Origin: a virus | DNA length: 64,000 nucleotides | Virus record (IMG/VR): IMGVR_UViG_3300025413_000010 | Reading direction: 5' to 3' (one strand) | Part shown: positions 10,630 to 21,440 of the stretch, piece by piece | How the letters are laid out: each line of letters opens with the position of its first letter | Position numbering within the stretch: the stretch's first letter is position 1 | Notes under the pieces: model-generated | Told to the model about the DNA's origin: nothing | Database searches by the model: none | Seen by the model: only the letters and a program-made list of their open reading frames with translations | Program-made: the position numbers and the translations under genes

Positions 10630-12428
10630 TAAATTCTAACTTGATTTACAGTGAGATTAATCTCATCATTAGCGATAGTCAAAATAGTATTTTGTGTTGA
10701 AGCAAAATCTTTATTTCTTGGCGTAGCGTAAATTCTAATACTGTCACCAAAATACGAAGAAACAATCAAATTCGTAATTGTAACAACACCAGTATCATAG
10801 TTCACAGTACCTACATTCTGTAAAGTATAGTGAAGACCGTTAGAAGAAGTAACTAGCCTGATATTGCCCTGAGAGTCATCTTCTAGTTCTACAAACTTGC
10901 CTTCATATAAGAATTTGCTTGAACTTACAGCATGGATTTGTGATGCTCCATGTATTAAAGGGATCGGTGGAACCGTATTTTCTAATTCTGTATTAAAGTT
11001 GACTGTAAAATTCTGAGGTATTCCGTTTGTTGTTGGATTTACCTTAATGAACATGTCAACATCAGTTTCATTGCTTACGATGCTTGAAGTTGTAGCGTCT
11101 ATAGCTTCAACAATTTTACTGTAGTGCAGAGTTGTTTTGAAATCGTTCAAATACGTTGTGTTGTATGTTTGCACTGCTGATGCAACTAGAGTAGAAATGT
11201 CATTTGGAGACAATGCTGTCATATTGATATTGTAATTTACCGTCGATTTAACTCTAACATACAGATAATTTGGTAGAACAAATACTGGAGTTATCGTAGT
11301 CGGAGCTCTTGCTGAAATATAGTTTCCGTATTCAGTCTGTTTTGTATCAGGAATGCCTGCATAATTTTTAATAGCCAGAGATATGAATACTTTGCCGTAT
11401 TGTGGTGGAGTTAGTGTTTCGCCACCATAAACTGAAATAGCAGAAATTTCAGGGAACTTGCTCTTCAATAGAGTTTCATAATCTGTTTGTGTTATTGCTC
11501 TGTCTTGTGTTGCATAAGACAGAGGAGCATAATATTGAATGCTTTCTGTTGATTCACTAATAGAACCGCCTTGCGCTGCTTGGTTAACAGTAACTGTTAC
11601 ATTTTGCTGGCCGTTAATTGGCGCATCAAGGCTGAATGTCGAAACGCCGTTTGGTAGTTCGCCATTTGGTATTCTATATTCTGCAATAATCACAGCACCA
11701 TCAGCAGGCTTTCTGCCGATATTATTATCACCAAAATAGAATTGATATTTGTTGTTTTCAGTTCCTTGCAAGAAGAATACTGGTGATGTATTTTTGACAT
11801 CTAGAAGAGAAGAAGAGAATGTATATGAAATCAGATTCGCGCCATTATTTTCTGCTGAAATCAGAGTCAGAGACGAAATATCAATTTTTGGATCAGAAAG
11901 AACGAATTTCTGAGGCTCAAGCGAATAATTTACGTTGAATGTTTCTGTTACGTATTGACCTTCATAAATCGAAAGATTGTTGGCAAAGAAATTGCCGGTA
12001 ACTGGATCTTGCGTAATTGTGGTCATTTCATCAGTAACAAATGTATAATTGTTTGCACCAAACTTACCTGTAAAAGATGTACCTTTAGGTATAGCCAGAA
12101 CTGCACTTGTATAATTCGATGGCGAAATAGTAAGATTGATATTTGCTACTGCAGATCGGAAAGAACTTGGAAGATAATTTAGTTCTTTAGCTCTAAGAAC
12201 AGCAGAGTCTCTTTGCTGCGCTGTACTCAGGAACATTTCTGAACCGACCATGTTTAGATAGAAATTATTCAGATAGGTGTTATATGCAAGAATGTCTAGA
12301 ATGACACTCATGTTACTTCCATCAAAATCATAATCCTGAAACGTCGACTGCGAACGCAGATACATTTTGAGATTGTTTTTAATATCATCAAAATCCATTG
12401 CAGTCAAATTGATATTTGGTGTAGCCAT
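10629..12428 (-). CDS. gp6: Baseplate wedge subunit gp6
   Basis: DFDDIKNNLK, DYDFDGSNMSVILDILAYNT, QDRAIT.DY, PPQYGKVFIS. Confidence 0.92.
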   Translation of the reverse strand: MATPNINLTAMDFDDIKNNLKMYLRSQSTFQDYDFDGSNMSVILDILAYNTYLNNFYLNMVGSEMFLSTAQQRDSAVLRAKELNYLPSSFRSAVANINLTISPSNYTSAVLAIPKGTSFTGKFGANNYTFVTDEMTTITQDPVTGNFFANNLSIYEGQYVTETFNVNYSLEPQKFVLSDPKIDISSLTLISAENNGANLISYTFSSSLLDVKNTSPVFFLQGTENNKYQFYFGDNNIGRKPADGAVIIAEYRIPNGELPNGVSTFSLDAPINGQQNVTVTVNQAAQGGSISESTESIQYYAPLSYATQDRAITQTDYETLLKSKFPEISAISVYGGETLTPPQYGKVFISLAIKNYAGIPDTKQTEYGNYISARAPTTITPVFVLPNYLYVRVKSTVNYNINMTALSPNDISTLVASAVQTYNTTYLNDFKTTLHYSKIVEAIDATTSSIVSNETDVDMFIKVNPTTNGIPQNFTVNFNTELENTVPPIPLIHGASQIHAVSSSKFLYEGKFVELEDDSQGNIRLVTSSNGLHYTLQNVGTVNYDTGVVTITNLIVSSYFGDSIRIYATPRNKDFASTQNTILTIANDEINLTVNQVRI

Positions 12429-12429
12429 A

Positions 12430-12855
12430 TTATCTTACTCTATACAGGGTTGTCTGAAACGTTACAGGAGCACTATTATTTATTATATAGAATACGATAG
12501 ATATAAAATATGCATTATCATCAGGATATGGAGTGGCCGTAACACTTAATACTTTTGCTCTTGGTTCGTGATTTTTTAATGTTTCTGATATTGCATCTTG
12601 TATAGCATTTGTTGTAATAGCATCAATTGGCTCAAACAGCAGATTATTAATTTTAGATCCTAAAGTCGGATTAAATAATCTTTCATATTTTCCAGTAGAA
12701 AGAAGATTTCTAATAGAACGCTTAACCGCATTTTCGTTTACATATCTGGCCAAATCTTTTTTAAACGGATGTGGATCAAAATTGGTGAGAAAATCACTAT
12801 AATATTCTGATTCTTTATTTACTGTTGAATAGTTGTTTTGGTTGAATTGGGCCAT
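12430..12855 (-). CDS. gp25: Baseplate wedge subunit gp25
   Basis: AVKRSIRNLL.T...ERLFNP.LGS...LFEP, HEPR. Confidence 0.92.
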   Translation of the reverse strand: MAQFNQNNYSTVNKESEYYSDFLTNFDPHPFKKDLARYVNENAVKRSIRNLLSTGKYERLFNPTLGSKINNLLFEPIDAITTNAIQDAISETLKNHEPRAKVLSVTATPYPDDNAYFISIVFYIINNSAPVTFQTTLYRVR

Positions 12856-12876
12856 CTATTCCTCTTTTATCTTTAT

Positions 12877-14889
12877 TTATGTCGTAGGTAGACCTAGTAT
12901 ACCCGCAAGTTCTTGGTTATATGTAGTAGATAACGGTCCTCCAGCTTGACCGAAATCTAACCAGATCATAACACCTAACATACCAAGCGCCAAATAGCTT
13001 CTTATTGTTGTGATATCAGTTGAGCTAAAAGATTCGCCGGTTGAAGTTGACATACTACAGGTCATCAGAAGTTTACTGTAATTAATTTGTTGATCTCCGT
13101 TCGGCCCTTTTAGTAAATTAAATTGATTTGCCAATGATGATGCAAGATTACCTTCAATATTGTTTTGCCAGGCAACCGGGCATAAAAATAGATTTGGAGT
13201 CTGGTGTATTTGATAAAGATTTGTTATGTCAAATCCAGTATTTTTAGCTCCAGAACCATTAAATGGATTTGGGTACACAACAAACTCTGCCGGACGATAT
13301 GGGTTGTTTGCGCAGATATTTGCAAGATTCTGTAGTTGTGTTAGCAGAGTCGCTGGCGTTCTACCATCTTGTGCTTCGCTATCTAAAACAATACCTCCGG
13401 GAGTTTTGGCATCATATAATCTACTATCTGGTAGTATTATTTTGTCTAGACACGAATATGTTTTTTCGTTTAATGATCTTGATTTATAATAGTTAGAAAA
13501 TACAGAAGATCTATTTACATAGGCATACTGCCATGTATACACATCAGTATCAGGAATACCTGCAGCGTTTGCAGCATCTAGATAACCCATTGTCAGATAT
13601 GTTGGAGAAGAAACATGAGCAGGGTATCCGAGAGAATATCTAATAGAAACTTCAACTGCAGCAATTGCCTTTGCTATTGTTGAGTATCTTGCTCTACATG
13701 GAAGTGTTCCGTACCCCGCTGTAGTAGTAATTGCAGCTATCGTTGTACCGTTATGTCTTCCTGGCGGAATTAGATTAGTTCTATCATTAAAAACATGTCC
13801 TGTATTAGTTAAAGTCTCGTATGACCTATAGTGCCAAATCCAATGATGCCCTTTAATTGATGACGAAGTAATACTTGGCTGTAACTGATCTACCGCTTGT
13901 GTCGCAGCATCTGTTACTGGATAAAATCCATAAGAAGTATTTGTTAGTGCATCTGATGTTGGAGGTGGATTTTGCTGATATACTCTAAAATTACTACCGT
14001 TGACACTTTTCACTGTAACGATTGTGTTATTCGTGAAATATCCAGGAAGAACTGATCTTGGAGGACCAGGAGGCGCAGGATTATTATCAATACTTCCTGA
14101 AGAAATTAAATACTCTTTACATATTATGTAGAGAGAAGTCATCTGTCTAACTGTAGGACGAGCGCCAAATCCACACAAGGCTATTAAATTATTAGAATAA
14201 AAATTTCCAGATATTCCGGATCTAAGTATTGCAACATTGCTGTTTGCTGGACTGTAATTTGCTCCTGATCCGTTTAAACTACCAGAACCTAATGGCTGGT
14301 AAAAATATGTCGATCCTGCAAGAGATTTTGACCAGGCTGTAAATCCATTTGCGTTTGCATTAGGTAGAAACCCTTGGTCATAATTTGTATAATAATAAGA
14401 ATCCCCACCATTATCTGCAACAATACCAGATTGGTAAACCCCATCATCAGCTCCAATATCAAAAGCTGGTCCTTGGTTATCAGTTAAAGACCACATAAAC
14501 ATTAAAGAACCATTTGATCCATTTCCATAATGTAATCCCGAAGATGTTCTTAGATTACAATTTGTGTCAATCCAAATACTAGAGCCGTCTCCTTGAATAC
14601 CATAACCTGGATTAAATCCTGCTTGGTTTGTTGTATGTATAGTGCAATCAAAATTTGGTTGTACTAAGTTATAACCAAGAGAGCCATATTCATTAGTGTT
14701 AAAGACATACAAGGCATCTAATAGCGACCAAACACCAACACTTTTTAACGAAGTAATAAAAGTATTTAAGGCTTTTGTTTCATCTAAAGAAGGTTGTTGT
14801 GTGCATCTAGCAAGATAAAGATTCAGTTCTTTGTTTAACCCAGAGCTGTTATTATTGTCTAATTTTGCTAAACCTGCTTGTATTGTCAT
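12877..14889 (-). CDS. Hypothetical protein, possible receptor-binding/glycan-binding or glycosidase protein
   Basis: 670 aa; beta-rich N-half, Pro-rich linker, C-half with GIVLDSE motif; inserted in baseplate operon. Confidence 0.4.
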   Translation of the reverse strand: MTIQAGLAKLDNNNSSGLNKELNLYLARCTQQPSLDETKALNTFITSLKSVGVWSLLDALYVFNTNEYGSLGYNLVQPNFDCTIHTTNQAGFNPGYGIQGDGSSIWIDTNCNLRTSSGLHYGNGSNGSLMFMWSLTDNQGPAFDIGADDGVYQSGIVADNGGDSYYYTNYDQGFLPNANANGFTAWSKSLAGSTYFYQPLGSGSLNGSGANYSPANSNVAILRSGISGNFYSNNLIALCGFGARPTVRQMTSLYIICKEYLISSGSIDNNPAPPGPPRSVLPGYFTNNTIVTVKSVNGSNFRVYQQNPPPTSDALTNTSYGFYPVTDAATQAVDQLQPSITSSSIKGHHWIWHYRSYETLTNTGHVFNDRTNLIPPGRHNGTTIAAITTTAGYGTLPCRARYSTIAKAIAAVEVSIRYSLGYPAHVSSPTYLTMGYLDAANAAGIPDTDVYTWQYAYVNRSSVFSNYYKSRSLNEKTYSCLDKIILPDSRLYDAKTPGGIVLDSEAQDGRTPATLLTQLQNLANICANNPYRPAEFVVYPNPFNGSGAKNTGFDITNLYQIHQTPNLFLCPVAWQNNIEGNLASSLANQFNLLKGPNGDQQINYSKLLMTCSMSTSTGESFSSTDITTIRSYLALGMLGVMIWLDFGQAGGPLSTTYNQELAGILGLPTT

Positions 14890-14907
14890 TGTACTTCCTT
14901 TAAACTC

Positions 14908-17346
14908 TTATACGCCCCAGAGAAGACCAATATCTTCCCATCCATATGACCAGCAAGAAACTGTACCACCAGTAGCGCTAGAGATATACTGGATTTGTCC
15001 GGATGTATTAGTTAGAATATCTGGTTCAGCAACACCATTTGCGCCGGTTGTATCATACCCGTAATTGCTATTGAATGCTGATGCGCTAGTCGTCACATCA
15101 TCCATTGAACCAATTGATGTGTTTACAGTACCACCATTCCATTTTGTTCTTGGTTTGACGCGAACACCAGTAGGAACGCTTGATAGTGTTTTTGTTGTGG
15201 CGCTAGTAGCAGAAGCTACAGCGTTTAATTCGTGGACTGGAGTACCAAGAATGAAACGATTAAATCTCTGAGTAAACATTACCCAATTTGATGATGCATC
15301 TGTGTACAGAGATGCTATTCTTACATAATATCCTGAAGAATATCCAGAAGGCATAGATGGCGAGGATGCGCTTAAAGAACATATAAAATCGCCCCCAGAT
15401 AGATCACTTTTGCATATTGCATAGATATGATATGTTGTGCTGGCAGAAACAGAACCTGTATCAAGCAGGCCTCCAATTGCGCCAGCAGACCAGTTAGAAG
15501 CGATGGTTTTGCTGGACATAGCAGCCACAGAAATAACCACTGCCGCAGTACTATCTGGCATTTTATATGTAGTAAAATCTAGAAGTTTTGATGCTGATGC
15601 GTGGTTAGAAACAACACCTAGTCTTGGAGCACCTCCTCCTCCTGTCCCAGCAGGACCCTGCGCTCCCGTAGCCCCAGTCGCTCCAGAGAACGTGACTACT
15701 GCGCCAGATGACAAGGTCGTGCCGTTGGAACTAACAGCATTGAGCGTGATGCTACCAAAAGAAGAAGAAGTTACCTTTCCTTGAGCCCAATTTGTTCCGT
15801 CTGTAGCATAAGCGTAAGAGCCAACAGGAAACGCAGTACTGTCGTTGACGGAAATCGACATAGAAGTGGAAATTGTTGAGTTCGTTGTACTCGTTGTAGA
15901 TCCGCGCCCGTCATTACCAGAGGGTCCAGTTGCTCCTTGCGGCCCTGAGAATGTTACGATAGCATTTGAACTAAGTGTTGTTCCAACTGAAATATATCTA
16001 TTTACTGTAACAGAATTAAAACCACTAATACTAGTGACCTTACCTTGAAGAGAATCTGTTCCGTCGGTTGCATATACAAAGGTACCAACAGGAAAGGCTG
16101 TGTTATCTAAAACAGGTAATGTTGTATTCTGAACAAGACTAACAGATGCTGTGGTTGTAGTTGTTCCGTGGCCGGTCGCTCCTGTAGTACCTTGCGGTCC
16201 CATATTTCCTTGAGGCCCGATTCCACCACATGGTTGTAATACTATGCTTCCGCTACTATAATTAATAGTGCCACATGATATATTTGTTACTGTCAATATT
16301 CCTGCAGGATAATTACCACTAAAAATAACATTAGTAATTAAAATATACCCAACTACATATGGAGAAGACCCAGTAGCATCAATAAACTGTGCATACGATC
16401 CAGTATTAAAACTTCTCACATCATCAACAGAAATAGTAGTTGTTGCTCCGTTTCCTGAAAACGCCACAGGAAATCCTGTCACGTTACCAAAACAGTCAGC
16501 GCCTTTGGTGCCATTAGTCCCAGGATAACCAGAGAACCCTACAACCGTGCCTGATGGTATTGTGTTTCCTGAGCTTGATGATCCTGAATATATTCTTGTA
16601 ACAACTAAGCTATTTGTCCCGCCACCAGAAATGATAACACCATACATTGATGGTGAACCAGGTATATAAACATAAGCACCATTTGAATAAGAAGTACCAT
16701 TAGCAACATCTATTACAACTGATGAATTAATAGCAGGAACTACAAACGAAGCAGTAGTATAAGTGACACCAACAGGAGCAGGAATCATTCCATTACTTAT
16801 ACGGACTTGGAATTGTCCTGCAAGAGTAACAGAAATAGAAACAATATCTGTTACTCCAGGTGTTACGCTCAAAGCATCACCAATACGAGTTACGAAGTTT
16901 GTTGGGTTTCCGCCTGTACCGAAAGATATAGCATGACTGCCTACACTATCTTGTGTGACAAATATATCAATTTGTGTTCCAGGATTAAACGTAAGAGGGT
17001 CAGGAAAATTTATATCACCTGTTGCTGTTAATTCATAAATTTGATTTTGTGTGTACGATATACTGGTTAATGGAATAACACCAGATACACTACCTAAAGA
17101 GATCGGAGTGCCGCCAGAAGATCCTGATACAGAAGACCAGTATACGTTTCCAGCTCCATTTGATGTAAGTACTTGCCCTGAAGATCCTATGCTACCTTTA
17201 GAATCGTATATTACAGAATTTTTGGGCAAACTTATTGCTGAAAATGTTGAATTTCCTGTAACTGCCATATTTCCATTGACATACAGTTTTAAATTACTCT
17301 GTAAAAGATAATTGTATTTATTAAGAAATTCTGAAATACCTGCCAT
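14908..17346 (-). CDS. Tail fibre-like protein with collagen-like repeats
   Basis: 812 aa; GSSGQVLTSNG...VYW motif, G-X-Y stretches, about 90-aa repeated modules. Confidence 0.65.
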   Translation of the reverse strand: MAGISEFLNKYNYLLQSNLKLYVNGNMAVTGNSTFSAISLPKNSVIYDSKGSIGSSGQVLTSNGAGNVYWSSVSGSSGGTPISLGSVSGVIPLTSISYTQNQIYELTATGDINFPDPLTFNPGTQIDIFVTQDSVGSHAISFGTGGNPTNFVTRIGDALSVTPGVTDIVSISVTLAGQFQVRISNGMIPAPVGVTYTTASFVVPAINSSVVIDVANGTSYSNGAYVYIPGSPSMYGVIISGGGTNSLVVTRIYSGSSSSGNTIPSGTVVGFSGYPGTNGTKGADCFGNVTGFPVAFSGNGATTTISVDDVRSFNTGSYAQFIDATGSSPYVVGYILITNVIFSGNYPAGILTVTNISCGTINYSSGSIVLQPCGGIGPQGNMGPQGTTGATGHGTTTTTASVSLVQNTTLPVLDNTAFPVGTFVYATDGTDSLQGKVTSISGFNSVTVNRYISVGTTLSSNAIVTFSGPQGATGPSGNDGRGSTTSTTNSTISTSMSISVNDSTAFPVGSYAYATDGTNWAQGKVTSSSFGSITLNAVSSNGTTLSSGAVVTFSGATGATGAQGPAGTGGGGAPRLGVVSNHASASKLLDFTTYKMPDSTAAVVISVAAMSSKTIASNWSAGAIGGLLDTGSVSASTTYHIYAICKSDLSGGDFICSLSASSPSMPSGYSSGYYVRIASLYTDASSNWVMFTQRFNRFILGTPVHELNAVASATSATTKTLSSVPTGVRVKPRTKWNGGTVNTSIGSMDDVTTSASAFNSNYGYDTTGANGVAEPDILTNTSGQIQYISSATGGTVSCWSYGWEDIGLLWGV

Positions 17347-17349
17347 CTA

Positions 17350-18417
17350 TTAATTCCCCAAATACATATATCCTGATGCTACATCATATTGTGTATTGCT
17401 TGTTCTAAATTGATCAACTTGTTCCATATATATATCGTAATTTGAAGTAACGCTATTGAAAAAATTGGTCGGAGAAGATGTATCAAATGAAACACTCAAA
17501 GATGGCCCCATGATACTTTGTAGAGTATCATGCGTTGTCTGTATTTGTGTTAATGCGCTAGAAACAGTATTACTCGATCTATCAAATACATCTTGAAACG
17601 ATGATGTTAAGATTCTTTGGACTTCTGCAACAACAGGATCATGAAATGTTGTCAGATAGTTAACAGAAGGACTAAAATTAGGATCAGTTGGACTTGTTAT
17701 TGTAGAATCGCCATTTGCGCTTACTGTTGATGCAATGGCAAGACTACCAGATAACGAAGGGTTTCCTTGAGAATCTTTAGCTAGTCCAGTAGCGATAACA
17801 GTTGGCGGAAGCTGTCCTGCTTTTATTGCATTAACTGCAGCTTGGCCTTGATCTGCTGGAATACCTAGAGCTCCAGAAATGGCAGAAGATTCTATAGCAG
17901 AAAGAAGGGTTGATGTGTTACCTAGAGCTTTAATGCTATATTCTACTTGAGCAATATATGATGTTATAGAATTTAGAGCATTTTCTATTTGCCCAAGAGT
18001 AGATTTTTCAATTCTATTAACATATTTCTTTTCAAGTGCAATTGCGCAAGCAGAGATTTTAGGAGCAGCACTAGAAATAGCAGCAATTAAATCTTGCATA
18101 GCTTGTATATACATGATAATCATCATAGCGTACATGATATACGCTTTGTACTGAGGAAGAGCAGTTCCAAATACTAATTTCGATATCCATTTAACAATGG
18201 AAAATGGATCAGGAGAAGGAATAGTCATAATCGGTATAATTTTTTGCAATTGATCTTTCATCTCATCACCGATCCCGTCTATATGGTCGATAAGAGATTT
18301 AAGATGTTCTTTAACTAAAAGTTCTAAAGCAGCGCAATCAGTAGTTTTTTGTATCTGTTTTGTGATATCTTTTATGTGGTCTAAATTAGCAACCACAGAT
18401 CCCATCGCAATACTCAT
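17350..18417 (-). CDS. Hypothetical protein downstream of gp5
   Basis: 355 aa ORF, operon-coupled. Confidence 0.6.
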   Translation of the reverse strand: MSIAMGSVVANLDHIKDITKQIQKTTDCAALELLVKEHLKSLIDHIDGIGDEMKDQLQKIIPIMTIPSPDPFSIVKWISKLVFGTALPQYKAYIMYAMMIIMYIQAMQDLIAAISSAAPKISACAIALEKKYVNRIEKSTLGQIENALNSITSYIAQVEYSIKALGNTSTLLSAIESSAISGALGIPADQGQAAVNAIKAGQLPPTVIATGLAKDSQGNPSLSGSLAIASTVSANGDSTITSPTDPNFSPSVNYLTTFHDPVVAEVQRILTSSFQDVFDRSSNTVSSALTQIQTTHDTLQSIMGPSLSVSFDTSSPTNFFNSVTSNYDIYMEQVDQFRTSNTQYDVASGYMYLGN

Positions 18418-18427
18418 TTATATTCCT

Positions 18428-19243
18428 TTATGATTTTGCTATATTGGTTATTATACCATCATGGACGCTTATCATTTTTCCTGTAATATCGGTAAAGGTG
18501 CCTGAAGCACCAACAGTAGTAGCAAGAGAGCCAACAGCAGTTAATCCTCCATGAGGAAGAGTAACCCCTCCTGGAGCATTCAAAGTTATACCTTCTGCCG
18601 CAGTCATTACGATACTTTTGCCAGAAGTTATACTTACATTACCTTGAACATAAACAGTATGGTCTTTGACCATAACTTCAATATTGTCACCAACAGTTTT
18701 TTTAACAAATTGTCCATCTTTATTTATTTCAATATAAGTACCACTTTTGTGATATATTCTTATTCTTTCGTTGTCTTTGGTGTCATCAAGTTCGATAACA
18801 TGACCGGACAATGTCTGAGTTACATTATTATAAGGGTATTTTGCGGCAAATGAAGAGGCAGGTTCAGGACCAACCAGATTATCTTGGATGGTGTTCTTGC
18901 CTCTAGATAATCCTGAAAGCTCATTACCAGTATCTTTACCGCCAACAAGTTTAGCGTAAGTTCCCCAGATAAAGGGCATGTTTTTTTCATTGCCATCAGC
19001 AAAGAAGCCAAATACTACAGCGCCATTTTTTAATGCCGGAGTTTGATTTGTTCCTGCTACACCACCTGATGTTGTTGGTAGAAGTGGAATAGCCCAACGC
19101 AATTCTTCAGTGCTTACGTCATTTCTTGAGTGTTCGTTAATTACTCTTACTTTAACACGCCCAAGTTGCTTAGGATCATTAAAATCTTCAACAGTACCAA
19201 TAAACCATCTTAAGCCTTCTTCGCCTAAATGCTGAGTAGTCAT
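18428..19243 (-). CDS. gp5: Baseplate hub/spike gp5, lacking the lysozyme domain
   Basis: WFIGTVEDFNDP.QLGRVKVR OB-fold; YPYN.V..T.SGHVIELDDT...ERI..YHKSG; only 271 aa. Confidence 0.88.
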   Translation of the reverse strand: MTTQHLGEEGLRWFIGTVEDFNDPKQLGRVKVRVINEHSRNDVSTEELRWAIPLLPTTSGGVAGTNQTPALKNGAVVFGFFADGNEKNMPFIWGTYAKLVGGKDTGNELSGLSRGKNTIQDNLVGPEPASSFAAKYPYNNVTQTLSGHVIELDDTKDNERIRIYHKSGTYIEINKDGQFVKKTVGDNIEVMVKDHTVYVQGNVSITSGKSIVMTAAEGITLNAPGGVTLPHGGLTAVGSLATTVGASGTFTDITGKMISVHDGIITNIAKS

Positions 19244-20517
19244 TATATCGCCTCCTGATATTCGCCTTTAATCAATTCCATACTGCACGTATACAATCTC
19301 TGCTTATCAAAGGTTATAATGTGTCTCAGTTTAGACACTAGATAATTGCCGGAAATAAGTCTGTTATATTGTGTTTGATCTGTTGTACCAGTCATTCTCG
19401 GTAGGTTGACTTTAATAACATCACCTACTGTTATCTCAGAATCGCCATACACATGAATCTGAAACAGATTTTGAATAATCTTATTGACAAAAGCTCTTTT
19501 TGGACCTAAAGCATCAGCAATATAATTTTCAGGAAACTCACTACTTGTTGGCACTAGCATCGAAAGACCTTCTTTATCGTCTCCGTATTGCTTTTCAAAA
19601 CTTGTGCTATTTAATCCAGCAGAACTATTTTTATCAGAAATAGATTTAAACTTGTCTTGCTGATCAATATTTACATAATGATTTTCTGTTATAGCGCCTG
19701 TAAGAATATCAAACTTTCTGACTGTATTTTGTATACCACCAGAGTTTAACTTAGAAGCTGTATCGAATGTGCTAACATTCTTCATACCGAGAATATTTCT
19801 ATATCTTATAGCGGCAGTTTCTGTTACTGGTTTAGAGTCATAATAGAAAACCTTATCGCCGATTTTATCTTTACCTTGGTCGAAAAGATACTCTACTGTA
19901 CAGAAATTATATCCTCTTTTATTTTCAAAAAACACATAAGATGATGAGTAGTATTTTTGAGAAGCAGCTCTTCTTCTGACAAAGTCAACAACCTGAAACG
20001 GAGCAAGTCTAGAAGGAAACACATCTTGTGGTCCCTTTGATGGCTCAGAGTGGTAGTTTTTCTTTGATCCGATATACTTTGTGTTTCTAAGCATATCAGA
20101 AACAATACCTTCGCATGTACCTTGAAGTTTGGTCGTCACCACTCTTGATGCGTTTCTTAGATACTCTTCGCTACAGCATTTAAGAGTATAGGTTTTGTAT
20201 TTGCCTGTAAGATTTGTTGTCGCTTGAGTTGCTGACTGAAGATAGAGTTTATATGTGTTGAATTGTAGAGAGTCAAAACCTGCAGTTCTAAATGAAATCT
20301 CTACAAACTCTTCACCAATTAAAGGAAATTGTGACTGTAGATCAGCAGAATCTTGAATTTGAATTTCTGCGTAAATTACAGGAGAAAGAAGATCTTCATA
20401 GATGTTTATAGAAGTTGTTGTAGCGATTAAAGAAATAGAACGCTTACCATCAGCAGAACTTAACTGTAGCTTTTGTATTTCTACTGAACCGTCTCTTGGG
20501 CTTGTATCTGATGCCAT
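19243..20517 (-). CDS. Baseplate hub protein (gp27-like position)
   Basis: 424 aa; YVFFEN..GYNF, VYGD...TVGDVI, SGNYLV..LRH; between gp53 and gp5. Confidence 0.6.
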   Translation of the reverse strand: MASDTSPRDGSVEIQKLQLSSADGKRSISLIATTTSINIYEDLLSPVIYAEIQIQDSADLQSQFPLIGEEFVEISFRTAGFDSLQFNTYKLYLQSATQATTNLTGKYKTYTLKCCSEEYLRNASRVVTTKLQGTCEGIVSDMLRNTKYIGSKKNYHSEPSKGPQDVFPSRLAPFQVVDFVRRRAASQKYYSSSYVFFENKRGYNFCTVEYLFDQGKDKIGDKVFYYDSKPVTETAAIRYRNILGMKNVSTFDTASKLNSGGIQNTVRKFDILTGAITENHYVNIDQQDKFKSISDKNSSAGLNSTSFEKQYGDDKEGLSMLVPTSSEFPENYIADALGPKRAFVNKIIQNLFQIHVYGDSEITVGDVIKVNLPRMTGTTDQTQYNRLISGNYLVSKLRHIITFDKQRLYTCSMELIKGEYQEAI

Positions 20518-20520
20518 AGT

Positions 20521-21438
20521 TTATTTGCTCAACAGTAATGTAAGTTGATTCGAAATATCATTTCTTCTTGTTTTATCAATCAAGAACATCTTTCTTTTGT
20601 TTTCATTCTTACTGAATTCATAGTCATAGAAACTTTGAGGTGCCCAATAGATATCTTCATTAGCTGTAATATTTCTTTGAATATTATTACCACCGTTAGC
20701 AATAGTGTCATCCACAACTGGCTGTATTGTTGCAGTTGCTCCGCTAATACTACCTTGAATTTCGCTATAAGCAAAGTTGCCAAAAACATCTTGAACAGTC
20801 AAAACAGAATTGGTTGAGTCAATTGTTTTGATAACAGCTGATATACCCGAAGATGCTGACGAAATGATATTTGTGCTGTTATAATATGCTATCTGATTTA
20901 TGGTTTCTCCAACAACAAAGGTATTAGATCCGTTGTTATAAGAAAACGGAACTGTGCATACTCTATTTGTTGTTATGTAGTCGTCCACCCTTTTGCGCGC
21001 GTACGAAAAGGTTCTATTGGTATTATCGCTGATAGGATTCCAGTATTTCTTTACTTCTCCAGGAAGAGAATCGTATCCGACTTGGTCTAATACTCTAAAA
21101 TCATTTTCCCAATTAGTTTTCCACGAATGGATATTAGATTGAGCATTCTCAATCGATCCATACTTTTTGATGATAAATTCATTGAAGTCTTCAGGCGATA
21201 ATAGAAACCCATAATACGGATCCAGAGTTTGGTTTGTATGATAGATTAGCCAAGAAAAGTCAGGATCATTATAGTAGTCATACGAAAGATTGTCGATTCT
21301 TTCATAATCTTTCATCGTATATGGATAATAAACCAAAATGTTCTTTTTAGAAACATCGTTGAAGTTCACTCTTGCCATTATGTTTCTGGCAATTTGTCCA
21401 TTATATGTTATCGTTGGGAATTTTGTAAAATACTGCAT
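20521..21438 (-). CDS. gp53: Baseplate wedge subunit gp53
   Basis: MQYFTKFPTITY, ERIDNLSYDYY.DP..SWLI...N...DPYY, YDYE...NE.KR. Confidence 0.85.
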   Translation of the reverse strand: MQYFTKFPTITYNGQIARNIMARVNFNDVSKKNILVYYPYTMKDYERIDNLSYDYYNDPDFSWLIYHTNQTLDPYYGFLLSPEDFNEFIIKKYGSIENAQSNIHSWKTNWENDFRVLDQVGYDSLPGEVKKYWNPISDNTNRTFSYARKRVDDYITTNRVCTVPFSYNNGSNTFVVGETINQIAYYNSTNIISSASSGISAVIKTIDSTNSVLTVQDVFGNFAYSEIQGSISGATATIQPVVDDTIANGGNNIQRNITANEDIYWAPQSFYDYEFSKNENKRKMFLIDKTRRNDISNQLTLLLSK

Positions 21439-21440
21439 GA

